A stretch of 64,000 nucleotides of DNA from an uncultured Planctomycetota bacterium (GTDB lineage: Bacteria > Planctomycetota > Planctomycetia > Isosphaerales > Isosphaeraceae). The position numbers and the translations under genes were made by a program. Location: positions 224,001 to 288,000 of the forward strand of contig CAVTTN010000002.1 of NCBI GenBank assembly GCA_963737655.1, given 5' to 3'. Below are positions 12,045 to 23,370 of this stretch, one piece after another. Below the pieces are notes generated by a model that saw only the letters and a program-made list of their open reading frames with translations, did not search any database and was not told the DNA's origin. The stretch's first letter is position 1. Each line of letters starts with the position of its first letter.

Positions 12045-13613
12045 TTATCGGGCGAACTCGACGGCCCGGGTCTCTCTTAACACGGTGACCTTGACCTCTC
12101 CGGGGAACGTCAACTGCTCCTGGATGGCCTGGGCGATGTCCCGGCAGAGCTTGGCGGCGGCCGGGTCGTCGAGCTGGTGGCTGTTGGCGATCACGCGGAC
12201 CTCCCGGCCCGCCTGGATCGCGTAGGCTTGCTCGACCCCCGGGAATCCGTAGACCAGGCCCTCAAGTTCTTCGAGCCGCCGGACGTACTTTTCCAACGTC
12301 TCGCGACGCGCCCCGGGCCGGCTCGCGCTGATGGCGTCGGCGGCGGCGACGAGGACGGTATACGGGGTGTCGGTCCTCAGGTCGTCGTGGTGGCCGAGCG
12401 CGGCGTGGACGACCTCCTTGCGCTCGCCGAACCTCTTGCAGAGCTCGGCGCCGACGGCCGGGTGGCCGCCTTCCATCTCGTGGTCGGCGGCCTTGCCGAT
12501 GTCGTGGAGGAGCCCGCAGCGGCGGCCCAGGGCGCCGTCGTGGCCGATCTCCTCGGCGAGGAGGCCCGTCAGGTAGGCCACCTCGATCGAGTGTTGCAGG
12601 ACGTTCTGGGAGTAGCTCGTGCGGAACTTCAATCGGCCGAGGTAGTCCAGGAGCTTGTCGTGGAGGCCCGGGACGTTCGCTTCCTGGGCGGCTTTCCGGC
12701 CGAGGTCGCGGATGTGGGCCTCCATCTCCTCCTGGCACTCGGCGACGACCTCTTCGATCCTCGTCGGGTGGATCCGGCCGTCGAGGATCAGCTTCTCCAG
12801 GGCGATCTTGGCGATTTCTCGGCGGATGTTGTCGAAGCCCGAGACGATCACGACGCCCGGCGTGTCGTCCACGATCACGTCCACGCCGGTGGCCTTTTCG
12901 AAGGCGCGGATGTTCCGGCCTTCCCGGCCGATGATCCGGCCCTTCATGTCGTCGGTGGGGATGTCGACGGTGCTCACCGTGGTCTCGGCGGTGTGGCCGG
13001 CGGCGTACCTCTGGATCGTGGTGGCGAGGATCTCCCGGGCCTTCTGGGTGGCGGTCTCTTTCATGACCTGCTCGTGCTTGAGGATCAGGCCGCCGATCTC
13101 GTGCTTCATCTCGTCGTCGAGGCGGGCGAAGAGGGCGGCGCGGGCCTCGTCGGGCGAGAGGCCGGAGATCCGGTGGAGCGCGTCTCGGCCCTCGGCGAGG
13201 AGGCCCTTCAACTCGGTGTTGCGGCGGTTGACCTCGTCCTGCTGCTCGGCCAGGTAGCGCTGGACGGTCTCGAACTCGCGCTCCTTCTTGTTGATCATGT
13301 CGAGCTTCTGGTCGAGCAGGTCGCCGCGCTTCTCCAGCCGCTTCTCCTGCTCGCGGAGGCTCCGGCGGGCGTCCTCGACCTCGCGGTCGAGGACGTCGCG
13401 ACGTCGGAGGGCCTCCTCCTTGGACTCGATCTCGGCCTGCTTGCGGGTCGTCTCGGCCTGGAGGGCGGCCGCGGCCAGGATCTCGTCGGATCGGGACCGC
13501 GCGGCCTTCACGCCGAGCGAGGCGAGGACCTGCCAGGCCGCCAGGCCCGCGCAGAGGCCCAGGGCCAGGCCGATGGCCAGGCCGATCAGCAACTTTATGG
13601 TCTGAGGGTCCAC
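12045..13613 (-). CDS. rny: Ribonuclease Y
   Basis: N-terminal TM and coiled coil, KH domain ([14 protein letters not shown]), HD domain (LLHDIGKA), [14 protein letters not shown] start inferred. Confidence 0.96.
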   Translation of the reverse strand: MDPQTIKLLIGLAIGLALGLCAGLAAWQVLASLGVKAARSRSDEILAAAALQAETTRKQAEIESKEEALRRRDVLDREVEDARRSLREQEKRLEKRGDLLDQKLDMINKKEREFETVQRYLAEQQDEVNRRNTELKGLLAEGRDALHRISGLSPDEARAALFARLDDEMKHEIGGLILKHEQVMKETATQKAREILATTIQRYAAGHTAETTVSTVDIPTDDMKGRIIGREGRNIRAFEKATGVDVIVDDTPGVVIVSGFDNIRREIAKIALEKLILDGRIHPTRIEEVVAECQEEMEAHIRDLGRKAAQEANVPGLHDKLLDYLGRLKFRTSYSQNVLQHSIEVAYLTGLLAEEIGHDGALGRRCGLLHDIGKAADHEMEGGHPAVGAELCKRFGERKEVVHAALGHHDDLRTDTPYTVLVAAADAISASRPGARRETLEKYVRRLEELEGLVYGFPGVEQAYAIQAGREVRVIANSHQLDDPAAAKLCRDIAQAIQEQLTFPGEVKVTVLRETRAVEFAR

Positions 13614-13900
13614 GTCCGCGCCCCACGAGGTTCGGGTTGGAGGCCCTCGCCCGGGGTCGATCGTCCGGGGGCGAGGGAGGGAACGGCGCGGATTGCGATC
13701 TCCGCCGTCCTCCCCCGTCGCCGGGAGACTCGGGCGATCGGCGGCCCCCAAGGTGTCCGAGGGCCGGCGAAGATTGGGCGCGCCGGTGACCCGGCCGGCG
13801 ATCGGGACCGGGCTCCGCCGATCGCTCGCGATCGACCCGGCCCCGCCCCTGGCGCCGAGCCGAGGCATACCTTCCGATCCTACCAGAACGCCCCCGACAA

Positions 13901-15043
13901 TCAATCGGCCGGCGGCCACGCCGCCATGGGTTCCGGGGCCTCGCCCGGGTCGATCCCCAGGAACGAAAGCACCTCGCGGACGATCCTCTCGGCCGCCCGG
14001 CCGTCGCCGAAGGGCAGGCGGGAAAGGCCCCTGGCTCCGGGAGCGTTCAGCACTTTCGACGCCTCCGCCACGATCGTCGTCCGATCCGGGCGCACCAGTC
14101 TCGCCGATCCCAGGGCGACCGCCTCCGGCCTCTCCGTCTCGTGGCGGAGCACCAGGACCGGCGTCCCCAGGGCCGGACCCTCCTCCTGGACGCCCCCGGA
14201 ATCGCTCAGGATCACCGCCGCGCCGGCCATCAGCGCCACGAACTGGGGGTAGCCGACCGGGTCGATCAGGAGGACGCGGTCCCGGCCTTCCAGGGCCTCG
14301 GCCATCGGCCGGCGGACTTCCGGGTTCGGGTGCGCCGGGACCACCGCGCCGAGGTCCTCGAACCGATCCACCAGGTCGGCCACCGCCCGGGCGATCTCAC
14401 GGATCGGCTCGCCCCAGTTCTCGCGACGGTGGGCCGTGACCAGCAGATAGCGCCTCGCCGGAGGCTGGACCGGCGAATCACAGCCCCGGGCCAGGGTCCA
14501 GCGGAGGGCGTCGATCACCGGATTGCCCGTGAGCTTGATCGCCCCCGGGTCGATCCCCTCGCGGAGCAGGTTGCCCCGGGCGATCGCGGTCGGGGCGAAG
14601 TGGATCGCGGCGAGCCGGGCGGTGAGCTCGCGGTTCTTCTCCTCGGGGAACGGCTCGTACCGCCGCCCGGTCCGCAATCCGGCCTCGACGTGCCCGAAGG
14701 GGATTCGATGATAATGACAGGCCAGCGCGGAGGCGAAGACCGTGGTGGTGTCTCCCACGGCCAGGACCAGGTCGGGCCGTTCGTCCGCCAGGTCGGCCGA
14801 GATCGCCTCCAGGGCCCGGGCGGTCAGCTCGGCCAGGCCCTGGCCGGGCCTCATCAGGCCGAGGTCGCGGTCGGCCGACAGCTCGAAGTCCGAGAGGGCC
14901 AGGTCCAGCAAGCCCCGATGCTGGCCCGTCGAGACGATCCGGCACGAGACGCCCGAATCCTCCCTCCTCAGGCGATGGATGATCGGCGCGAGCTTCACGG
15001 CTTCGGGACGAGTCCCGACCAGACAGGCGACGGTCCGGGGCAT
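13901..15043 (-). CDS. wecB: UDP-N-acetylglucosamine 2-epimerase (non-hydrolysing)
   Basis: [31 protein letters not shown] and DSGGVQEE motifs. Confidence 0.95.
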   Translation of the reverse strand: MPRTVACLVGTRPEAVKLAPIIHRLRREDSGVSCRIVSTGQHRGLLDLALSDFELSADRDLGLMRPGQGLAELTARALEAISADLADERPDLVLAVGDTTTVFASALACHYHRIPFGHVEAGLRTGRRYEPFPEEKNRELTARLAAIHFAPTAIARGNLLREGIDPGAIKLTGNPVIDALRWTLARGCDSPVQPPARRYLLVTAHRRENWGEPIREIARAVADLVDRFEDLGAVVPAHPNPEVRRPMAEALEGRDRVLLIDPVGYPQFVALMAGAAVILSDSGGVQEEGPALGTPVLVLRHETERPEAVALGSARLVRPDRTTIVAEASKVLNAPGARGLSRLPFGDGRAAERIVREVLSFLGIDPGEAPEPMAAWPPAD

Positions 15044-15184
15044 CTCGGGCCTCCCTCCCGAGGCAGGTTACGCGGCCCGGCCGTCTCCCGACAAGGCCGA
15101 CGCCGCTCGCCCCCCCGGGACTCGCGAGTCCCTCCCGGAAAACGCCTCCGATCCCTCGCCGTCCCAAAAACTCTCAATCCCACC

Positions 15185-15235
15185 TTGACGAGAATCCGAT
15201 CTCTGATACAGTTGATTGAAACGTCCGTTTGAATC
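15185..15235 (+). promoter_or_regulatory. Sigma-70-like promoter and palindromic TetR operator
   Basis: TTGACG(15185)-N16-TACAGT(15207) with a TGn extension, followed by the imperfect palindrome GATTGAAACG-TC-CGTTTGAATC (15214-15235) just before the TetR gene. Confidence 0.6.
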
Positions 15236-15256
15236 GCTCGTTTCGAGGCGCTGGGA

Positions 15257-15907
15257 ATGGCCGCCGACCCCACGAAAGCCCGGCTTCTGGACGCGGCCGG
15301 CGAGGAGTTCGCCGAGAAGGGATTCGAAGGGGCGACGGTCCGCGCCATCTGCGAGAGGGCGAGGGCGAACGTCGCCGCCGTGAATTACCACTTCGGCGAC
15401 AAGGAGCAACTGTACATCCAGGCGGTGATCGAGGCCCATCGGTGCGGGATGGAGGGGGACGGCCCGGAGGACGTTCCGGGCTCGCCCGAGGAGCGGCTCC
15501 GCCATTTCGTCGGGAATTTCCTGGAACGGGTCCTGGCGGTCACGGACCGCGAGAGCTGGCACCACAAGCTGATGCTCCGCGAGATGATCCGGCCGACCCG
15601 GGCCTCCGAGGCCTTGGTCCGCGAGGTGATCCGGCCCAAGTTCAACCATCTCCAGGCCCTCCTCCGCGATCTCGACCCCGAGGGCGACGACCGCCGGTTG
15701 CTCGCCCTGGCCTTCAGCGTGATCGGCCAGTGCCTGCATTACAAGATGTCGCGGCCGATCTCCGAACGGCTGGCGGGGACCGCGGCGTTCGCCAGCCTCC
15801 TGGACCTCAATTACCTGACCGATCACATCACCGGAGTGACCCTGGCCGCCCTCGGGATCGGCCCCGGCATCGCTCGTCACGCCCCGGCGGGGGGAGGCCC
15901 GGCATGA
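15257..15907 (+). CDS. TetR-family regulator (CecR-like C-terminus)
   Basis: HTH: LLDAAGEEFAEKGFEGATVRAICERARANVAAVNYHFGDKEQLY. Confidence 0.92.
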   Translation: MAADPTKARLLDAAGEEFAEKGFEGATVRAICERARANVAAVNYHFGDKEQLYIQAVIEAHRCGMEGDGPEDVPGSPEERLRHFVGNFLERVLAVTDRESWHHKLMLREMIRPTRASEALVREVIRPKFNHLQALLRDLDPEGDDRRLLALAFSVIGQCLHYKMSRPISERLAGTAAFASLLDLNYLTDHITGVTLAALGIGPGIARHAPAGGGPA

Positions 15908-17429
15908 ATCGGTGGAAGCTCTCGGGTGTCACGGCCCGGAACGCCCTGATCGCGTTCCTCACGGTTTTGGCGGCCCTCCTGATCGCCCAGATCCGGGGCA
16001 AGATCCATCTCTGGGTCTTGTCGGGCGATCGCGGGGTGCTCGCCGGCGCGTTCCTCGGGCTGGCGGTCGTGACGCTCCTGTACACCCAGCAGATGAGCTG
16101 GATCGCGCTGAAGATGCTCACCGGCGACAAGGCCAAATTCCTGGGGATCGTCCTGGGCCTCACGTTCGCGGCCCTCTTGATCACCCAGCAAGGCTCGATC
16201 TTCTGCGGCCTGATGAGGCGGACGGCCGGGCAGGTCGAGGACATCCGGGGGGCGGACCTCTGGGTGATGGACGCCAACGTCCGCTACATCGACGACGTCA
16301 AGCCGATGATCGAGACCAGCCTGTATCGCGTCCGAGGGGTCGATGGCGTGAAGTGGGCCGTCCCCCTCTACAAGGGGAACGCCCGTTTGAAGCTCAAGAC
16401 CGTGAACGCCGAGGGCCAGCCGCTGAACGTGATCGAGCAGGTCATCCTCCTCGGAGTGGATGACGCCTCGCTCGTCGGGCGCCTCCCCCGGAACGGGTCC
16501 TCTGCGGGACCCTGGACGACCTCCGCCAGACCGACGCGATCATGATCGACTACAACCGCCTGCCCAAGCTGTTCCCGGGCGAGGCCTGGAACGAGGCCCC
16601 CGAGCCGACGAAGAAGGACGCGATCAAGGACGCCTTCATCCAGGGGGCGATCGACGTCGCCAACGCCGTCCGCGCCAAGGTCAATCCCGAGAGCCGGCCG
16701 TGGAAGGGCCCGCCCACCGTGGAGGAACGCCTGAGGGTCAAGCAGGGTCAGTTCTATCGGAGGTTCCTCGGCCGGGAGGTCGAGATGAACGACCATCGCG
16801 GGATCATCGTCGGCGTCTGCGAGGCGACCCGGACGTTCCAGTCCAACCCGGTCGTCTACACCCTGTATTCGCGGGCCAAGCGGTTCATCCCGGCCGAGAG
16901 GAAGCTGCTCTCCTACGTCCTGGCGAAGACCGAGGACGGCCTCAAGCCCGACGACGTGGCCAAGAGGATCTCCGAGCAGACCGGCCTGAAGGCCCGGACC
17001 AGCGACGAATTCTTCTGGGACACGGTCTGGTACTACTTCAAGTACACGGGCATCCCGATCAATTTCGGGATCACGACGCTGCTCGGCTTCTTCATCGGCA
17101 CGGCCATCGCGGGCCAGACGTTCTACAACTTCACGATCGAGAACCTCAAGCAATTCGGGTCGCTCAAGGCGATGGGCGCGACGAACGCCAAGATCGTGGG
17201 GATGATCCTGCTCCAGGCGACCGTGGTGGGCCTCCTGGGCTACGGGATCGGCGTCGGCATGGCGACGCTCTTCGGCGTGATGAGCAAGGGCGGAGAGCTG
17301 GCGTTCTACACGCCCTGGCAGGTCCTGCCGATCGCCGGCGCGGCGATCGTGATCATCTGCATCCTTTCGAGCGTCCTGTGCATCCGCAAGGTCATCGTGC
17401 TCGAGCCGGCCGTGGTGTTCCGGGGCTAA
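15904..17429 (+). CDS. ABC exporter permease (DevC/FtsX-like), frameshifted near 16490
   Basis: IALKMLTGDKAKF...ADLWVMD in one frame; GQTFYNFTIENLKQFGSLKAMGA...LEPAVVFRG in another. Confidence 0.85.
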
Positions 17430-17446
17430 TTTCGAGGGGAGAAGAC

Positions 17447-18247
17447 GTGGAGACGACCTTGAATGACCATGCCGTCGCCGCGAACCCCTCGGCGTCGATC
17501 GCCCCTCCGGAGCTTTCCGGCAGCGTGGCGGTGAAGATCCGGGGGGTCGCCAAGCACTTCGGCAAGGGCGAACAGCGCGTCACGGCCCTGAAGGGCATCG
17601 ATTGGGACGTGTACATGGGCCAGATGTCCATGATCATCGGCCCGTCGGGGTGCGGCAAGACGACGTTGCTCTCGGTGATCGCCGGGATCCTCGACTGCGA
17701 CGAGGGCTCGGTCTCGATCTTCGGCGAGGAGGTCACCCGGTTCAGCGACGGCCGCCGGACCCGGTTCCGATCGCTGAACATCGGCTTCATCTTCCAGCAA
17801 TACAACCTCCTGCCCGCGCTCACGGCGGCGGAGAACGCGGCCATCCCGCTGGTGATCGGCGGATGGAAGAAGCCGAAGGCCGTGGCCCGGGCCCGGGACG
17901 TCCTGAACGACCTGGGGATGGGCAAGAAGACCGAGAGCTTCCCCAATCAGCTCTCGGGAGGCCAGCAGCAGCGAGTGGCCATCGCCCGGTCGCTCGTCCA
18001 CTCGCCGCGATTGCTCGTCTGCGACGAGCCGACGGCCGCCCTGGACCACGAGACCGGCCTGTCGGTGATGGAGATGCTCCGCAAGGCCGCCGTCCGGGCC
18101 GATCGCGCCGTGATCGTCGTGACCCACGACAACCGCGTCTTCCACTTCGGCGACCGGATCGCCCGGATGGACGACGGCCGGATGGTCGAGGTCACCGAGA
18201 AAGCCCCGTGGGCCCCGATGAAGATCGAGGCCGAGGTCGCCGCCTGA
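17447..18247 (+). CDS. ABC transporter ATP-binding protein (DevA/LolD-like)
   Basis: Walker A GPSGCGKTT, LSGGQQQRVAIAR, DEPT and VTHD. Confidence 0.93.
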   Translation: METTLNDHAVAANPSASIAPPELSGSVAVKIRGVAKHFGKGEQRVTALKGIDWDVYMGQMSMIIGPSGCGKTTLLSVIAGILDCDEGSVSIFGEEVTRFSDGRRTRFRSLNIGFIFQQYNLLPALTAAENAAIPLVIGGWKKPKAVARARDVLNDLGMGKKTESFPNQLSGGQQQRVAIARSLVHSPRLLVCDEPTAALDHETGLSVMEMLRKAAVRADRAVIVVTHDNRVFHFGDRIARMDDGRMVEVTEKAPWAPMKIEAEVAA

Positions 18248-18296
18248 TCCGCCCCGAACCGTAGCCCCCTAACCAACCGAACCGGTGGTGCGAGCC

Positions 18297-19442
18297 ATGA
18301 TGTCCAAGTACGTCCTGCCCGGCCTGGCGGTCCTCGGCCTGGGCTTCGCGATCTTCAACGTGGTCAACGGCGCCAAGCCGCCGAAGGACGCGACGATCTA
18401 CCTCGAGCCGCCCAGCCGGCCGGAGAAGGTCAAGTCGATCGCCGGGGCCGGCCTGATCGAGGCGAGGCAGGAGAACATCCCGATCGGCGCCAACATCCCG
18501 GGCGTCGTCACGAAGATGTACGTCAAGATCGGCGACCCGGTGAAGGTCGGCACCCCGCTGTTCCGCACCGACGACCGCAACCTGAAGGCCGAGCTCAAGG
18601 TCCGCGAGGCGAACCTGCTCTACGCCCGGGCCCAGCTCGAACGGCTGAAGGCGTCCCCGCAGACCCAGGACATCCCCACGGCCCAGGCGGCCGTGGACGA
18701 GGCCCGCGCCCGGCTGTTCGACTCGGAGATCATCTACAAGAGGACCAGCCAGCTCTTCAACCAGCAGGTCAGCCCCTCCAGCGAGTTCGACCGCGACCGC
18801 TACGCCTTCCAGGCCGCCAAGGCCGCCCTGGCCCGGTCCGAGGCCGAGCTCGCGAGGATCCGCACGACCTGGCAGAAAGACATCGAGGTCGCCCAGACCC
18901 AGGTGGAGCAGGCCCAGAGCCAGGTGGCCATGGTCAACTCGGACCTCGATCGCTGCACGGTCCAGTCGTTCGTCGACGGCGAGGTGCTCCAGGTCAACGT
19001 CCGGCTCGGCCAGTTCGCCGCGGCCGTGTGGAAGGAGCCCCTGCTCGTCCTGGGCGACGTCAAGACGCTCAACGTCCGGGTGGACATCGACGAGCAGGAC
19101 GTCCCGTTCTTCGACAAGGACGCCGAGGCCGTCGCCACCCTCAAGGGCCGCCCCGGCTACAAGTTCGCGCTGAAGGAGATCGTCAAGATCGAGCCCTACG
19201 TGATCCCCAAGAAGAGCCTGACCGGCGACAACTCCGAGAGGGTCGATACCCGCGTCCTCCAGGTCGTCTACGCGCTGCCGAGGGAGACGGACATCCCCTT
19301 GTATGTCGGCGAGCAAATGGACGTCTATCTGAAGGCCGCCACGCTGACCGAGGAGCAGGAAGGCCGCCTGAAGGCCGGTCCCGGGGTCCAGAAGCCGTTC
19401 GACGACTCGCCGAAGGACGCCTCGCCGACCCGGGCGAAGTGA
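18297..19442 (+). CDS. HlyD/DevB-family periplasmic adaptor
   Basis: N-terminal TM, lipoyl-like halves, coiled coil, ERVDTRVLQV. Confidence 0.88.
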   Translation: MMSKYVLPGLAVLGLGFAIFNVVNGAKPPKDATIYLEPPSRPEKVKSIAGAGLIEARQENIPIGANIPGVVTKMYVKIGDPVKVGTPLFRTDDRNLKAELKVREANLLYARAQLERLKASPQTQDIPTAQAAVDEARARLFDSEIIYKRTSQLFNQQVSPSSEFDRDRYAFQAAKAALARSEAELARIRTTWQKDIEVAQTQVEQAQSQVAMVNSDLDRCTVQSFVDGEVLQVNVRLGQFAAAVWKEPLLVLGDVKTLNVRVDIDEQDVPFFDKDAEAVATLKGRPGYKFALKEIVKIEPYVIPKKSLTGDNSERVDTRVLQVVYALPRETDIPLYVGEQMDVYLKAATLTEEQEGRLKAGPGVQKPFDDSPKDASPTRAK

Positions 19443-19460
19443 CCGGGCCTCCGAACTCGC

Positions 19461-19895
19461 TCAGACCCGGATCAGGGCCAGCCCCGATTCCGGGTCGTGC
19501 TGCTTCCTCAGGTGAGCCGGCGACTCGACGAGGATCACTTCCAGGGTCGGCCGAACATGGCCCTTCATGAGGTGGCCGCCCCGGGTCGAGCCGTCCCGGC
19601 GGCCCAGGACGACGTGGGCGTGGACCTGGGGCCGGCCGTCCGCCTCGGCGATGTCGCCGAGGAGCGAGAGCACCTCCACCTGCTCGTCGATCGGGATTTC
19701 CTGATACGTCTTCGACTCCCAGTCGAAATAGCCGACGGTCGCCCTGGAAAACGCGCCGATCGCCGAGAACCTCGCCGCGGCGATCCGGTGGGATTTCGCG
19801 AACGAGACGATCCCTTCCATCGCCTCGTCGCCGGAGTCGAAGATCAGGGCAAAAGTCTTCTGGCCGTCGGCCTCGTGGAGCAGCTTCGAGCGCAT
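19461..19895 (-). CDS. PPC/DUF296-domain protein
   Basis: FSAIGAF, EVLSLLGDI, HAHVVLG, GGHL and PTLEV motifs. Confidence 0.88.
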   Translation of the reverse strand: MRSKLLHEADGQKTFALIFDSGDEAMEGIVSFAKSHRIAAARFSAIGAFSRATVGYFDWESKTYQEIPIDEQVEVLSLLGDIAEADGRPQVHAHVVLGRRDGSTRGGHLMKGHVRPTLEVILVESPAHLRKQHDPESGLALIRV

Positions 19896-19915
19896 GGTCG
19901 GTCCTCCTGGGGTGC

Positions 19916-20188
19916 TCAGCCCCCGGCGATCGGGTCTTGCGGGGCGTCTCCCGGGCCGACCCAGATGGCGTTGAGCCGGTAGAAGACCCGTCCGGCCCTG
20001 GGGTTCCTCTCTCGGAGGACGCCATAGCCTCGTTTTTGGAGGAAATCGCCGAGCTGGCGGATCTTCTCCGGGTCCTCGTCGATGGCGTCGATCTTGGTGC
20101 TCCGGCCCTGGTCGTCCTTGCGGCCGAAGACCTGGAGGCCCTGGAATTTGGCCAGTTTCGGCTCCGGCGGCTTCGTGGCTTCGTCCAT
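19916..20188 (-). CDS. Hypothetical protein (90 aa)
   Basis: Co-oriented within the operon with plausible composition; no recognisable motif. Confidence 0.55.
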   Translation of the reverse strand: MDEATKPPEPKLAKFQGLQVFGRKDDQGRSTKIDAIDEDPEKIRQLGDFLQKRGYGVLRERNPRAGRVFYRLNAIWVGPGDAPQDPIAGG

Positions 20189-20218
20189 CCGAGGTGCTCC
20201 GAGAGGGTTCGATTCGGA

Positions 20219-23200
20219 TCAACTCCGGGCGATCCGCCGATTCAGCTTGACCAGCCCCCACGCGATCCCGACCCCGGCCAGGACGCCCAGGGCCCCGACC
20301 GTCGCCATCGCCGCGAGCGAGGGCGCCGGCTCCCACTTGCCCAGGGCCTGTTTCTCGCGATCGGCCAGGCTTTCCGGGCCTTCGCGGAGGGCCATCTGGA
20401 GGACCTGCGCGACGTGCAGGGCCCCGCGATCGGTCAGGTCGGCGATCTGCTCGCGGCAACTGAACCCATCGGCCAGGATGATGGTGTCCGGATCGGCCCG
20501 GCGGACGGCCGGGAGCAGGACGCGCTCGCCGACGGCCCGGGACACGTCGTAATGCTCCGCCTCGAACCCGAACGAGCCCGCCATCCCGCAGCAGCCCGAG
20601 TCCAGGACCTCGAAATCCAGGCCCATCCGTTGCAGCAAGGTGGCCTCGTCCTTGTAGGACATCACGTGATCGTGGTGACAGTGCTTCTGGACGATCATCT
20701 TCCTCGACAGCCTCGGCACGCGGAACTCCGGCGCCTTCTTCACCAGGAACTCGCTGAGGATGAACGTGTTGTCCGACAGCCTCCGGGCGTTCTCGTCCAT
20801 CGGGAACAGGTTGATCAGCTCGTCCCGGAACGCCGCCACGCAGCTCGGCTCCAGCCCCACCAGAGGGATTCCCGCCTCGATCTCGTCCTTCAGCGCGACG
20901 AGGATTTCCTTCCAGAGTCCCTCGGCCGCGTCGAGCATCCCGAAGTCATAGAGTGGCCGTCCGCAGCAGAGCGAGGGCCTCGGCACCGTGACCTGGAACC
21001 CGGCCGCTTCCAGGACCTCGACCGCCGCCTTCGCCGTCTGCGGGTGGAAGTGGTTGTTGAACGTGTCGGGCCAGAGCATCACCCTCGGTTTGTCCAGGTT
21101 CCTCGGGGCCCGGCGGAACCACCACGATTTGAACGTCTCGGGCGCGAACGAGGGCATCGCCCGCCTCGTCGAGATCCCTCCCAACGCCTGGAAGACCTTG
21201 CCGACGACGGGCAGATGCGTGATCACGTTCACCACGCCCGGCGCGATCGACGCCAGGCGGCTCCACCAGTAGATCCAGCCCATCGCGTAGGCGTGGCGGG
21301 GCCGCAATCGGCCTTCGTAGTAGTGCGAGAGGAACTCGGCCTTGTACGTGGCCATGTCCACGTTCATCGGGCACTCGGTCCGGCACGCCTTGCACGCCAG
21401 GCAGAGGTCGAGCGCCTCCTTCACCGTCTCGCTCTTCCAGCCCCCCTTCATCGGGTCGCCCTGGAGCATCTCGAAGAGGAGGTGCGTGCGCCCTCGGGTC
21501 GAATCCATCTCTTCGCGGGTGACCATGTAGCTCGGGCACATGGTCCCCGTCTCGTCCTTCCGGCACTGGCCCACGCCCACGCATCGCTCGGTGGCATAGG
21601 CGAAGCTGCCGTGGTCGTCCGGGAACTTGAAGTGCGTCTCGACCTGCGGGGGGTTGTAATGAGGCCCGAGCCGGAGGTTCTCTCCGGGCAGGTACGGATC
21701 GACGACCTTGTGGGGATTGAGCTTGTTCGTCGGGTCCCAGATCGCCTTGAACTCGCCGAACGCCCGGACGATCTCCGGGCCGAACATCTTGGGCAAAAGC
21801 GCCGCCTTGGACTGGCCGTCGCCGTGCTCGCCCGAGATCGAGCCGCCGTAGGAGACGACCAGGTCGCCCGCCTCGTCCAGGAAGTCGCGGAAGTGCTGGA
21901 CCCCCCCGGCGGTCTTGAGGTCGAAATCGATCCTCGTATGGATGCACCCCTGGCCGAAATGGCCGTAGAGCGCACAGTTATATCCATATTTCTCGAAAAG
22001 CTTGCGGAGGTCGCGGAGGTAGTCGCCCACCTTCGTCGGGGGGACGGCCGAATCCTCCCAGCCTTCCCACGCGTCGGGTTCGCCCGGGATGCGGGCGGTG
22101 GCGCCGAGGCCCGATTCGCGGACCTTCCAGAGATGCTCCTCCTCCGCCTCGTTGTCGAACAGCTTCATCGTCGGCGGGTTCTGGACCGATTTCAGCGTCT
22201 CCATCAGTCGATGGGCCTTGCCGTCGGATTCGTCCTTGTCCTGGCCGCCGAATTCGACCAGGAGCCAGCCGCCGCCGTCGGGCAACAGTTTGACATCCTT
22301 CGGATGGATGCCCTTCTTCTTCATGTCCTTGACGAGGATGTCGTCGAGCCCTTCCAGGCCCGACGGCTTCGCCTCGAGGATCTCCGGGACGTGGTCCCCG
22401 GCGTCGTACACGCTCGGGTAGCCGAGGACCAGCAAGGATTTCGACCGGGGGCTGGGGACCAGGTGCAGCCGGGCTTCGAGGACCGTCACGCACGTCCCCT
22501 CGGTGCCGCTCAGGGCCCGGGCGACGTGGAACCCGCGTTCGGGGAGGAGGTCGTCGAGGTTGTAGCCGCTGACTCGTCGAGGGACGTCTTTCAGGTTGGG
22601 ATAGCGGCGGCGGATCTCGTCGGCGTGGCGGTCGCGAAGGTCGCGGAGCTGCCGGTAGACCTCGCCCTTGCGGCCTCCGGCGGCGATGATCCGCTCCAGT
22701 TCCTCCTCGGAAGTCGGGCCGACGGTCATCCTCGTGCCGTCATACAGGAGGATGTCCAGCTCGTGGACCTGATCCGACGTCCGGCCGCTCCCCAGGCCCA
22801 GGAGCGAGTGGACGCCGCACGAGTTGTTGCCGATCATCCCGCCGAGGGTGCAATACTCGTGGGTCGAGGGGTCGGGCGCGAACGTGAGGCCGAACTTCTC
22901 GGCCTGGGAGCGGAGGTGATCGAGCGGAGTGCCGGGCTGGACCGTCGCGATCCGGGCCTCGGGGTCGATCTCCAGGACGTGATGCAGCTTCTTGGAGAAA
23001 TCCATGACGACCGCGACGTTGCAGCAGCCCCCGGTCAGGCTCGTCCCGCCCCCTCGCGAGAGGATCGGGGCGCCGTGGGCGTGGCAGGTGGCCACGGTGG
23101 CGATCACGTCGTCGATGGTCTCGGGGATCACCACGCCGATCGGCACCTGACGATAATTCGAGCCATCGGTGGCGTAGAGGGCGCGGCTGCCGGAGTCGAA

Positions 23201-23326
23201 GCGGACCTCGCCCTGGATGACTCGACGAAGGTCGGCCGCGATCCGGTCGGCATCGACGAACAGGGGGCCCTTGGCGGTCGAGGGGCCGGAGTGGCGGGAG
23301 CTTCGGGCGTCGATCGCGGTCGTCAT
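20219..23326 (-). CDS. FAD-binding and Fe-S-binding oxidoreductase (GlcD/GlcF fusion, YdiJ-like)
   Basis: YATDGSNY, RGGGTS, GGMIGNNSCG, SGEHGDG, CVGVGQC, CLACKACRTEC and CCG domains. Start at MTTAID after GGAGG. Confidence 0.92.
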   Translation of the reverse strand: MTTAIDARSSRHSGPSTAKGPLFVDADRIAADLRRVIQGEVRFDSGSRALYATDGSNYRQVPIGVVIPETIDDVIATVATCHAHGAPILSRGGGTSLTGGCCNVAVVMDFSKKLHHVLEIDPEARIATVQPGTPLDHLRSQAEKFGLTFAPDPSTHEYCTLGGMIGNNSCGVHSLLGLGSGRTSDQVHELDILLYDGTRMTVGPTSEEELERIIAAGGRKGEVYRQLRDLRDRHADEIRRRYPNLKDVPRRVSGYNLDDLLPERGFHVARALSGTEGTCVTVLEARLHLVPSPRSKSLLVLGYPSVYDAGDHVPEILEAKPSGLEGLDDILVKDMKKKGIHPKDVKLLPDGGGWLLVEFGGQDKDESDGKAHRLMETLKSVQNPPTMKLFDNEAEEEHLWKVRESGLGATARIPGEPDAWEGWEDSAVPPTKVGDYLRDLRKLFEKYGYNCALYGHFGQGCIHTRIDFDLKTAGGVQHFRDFLDEAGDLVVSYGGSISGEHGDGQSKAALLPKMFGPEIVRAFGEFKAIWDPTNKLNPHKVVDPYLPGENLRLGPHYNPPQVETHFKFPDDHGSFAYATERCVGVGQCRKDETGTMCPSYMVTREEMDSTRGRTHLLFEMLQGDPMKGGWKSETVKEALDLCLACKACRTECPMNVDMATYKAEFLSHYYEGRLRPRHAYAMGWIYWWSRLASIAPGVVNVITHLPVVGKVFQALGGISTRRAMPSFAPETFKSWWFRRAPRNLDKPRVMLWPDTFNNHFHPQTAKAAVEVLEAAGFQVTVPRPSLCCGRPLYDFGMLDAAEGLWKEILVALKDEIEAGIPLVGLEPSCVAAFRDELINLFPMDENARRLSDNTFILSEFLVKKAPEFRVPRLSRKMIVQKHCHHDHVMSYKDEATLLQRMGLDFEVLDSGCCGMAGSFGFEAEHYDVSRAVGERVLLPAVRRADPDTIILADGFSCREQIADLTDRGALHVAQVLQMALREGPESLADREKQALGKWEPAPSLAAMATVGALGVLAGVGIAWGLVKLNRRIARS

Positions 23327-23370
23327 CTCGCCTCCAAACGTGCCTCTCGGGAACGCCGGGATCGCCCCGC

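Noticed and set aside
13614..13900. 6S RNA or other ncRNA upstream of rny
   Set aside because: GC-rich with short hairpins only; no recognisable 6S central bubble. A covariance search would be needed.
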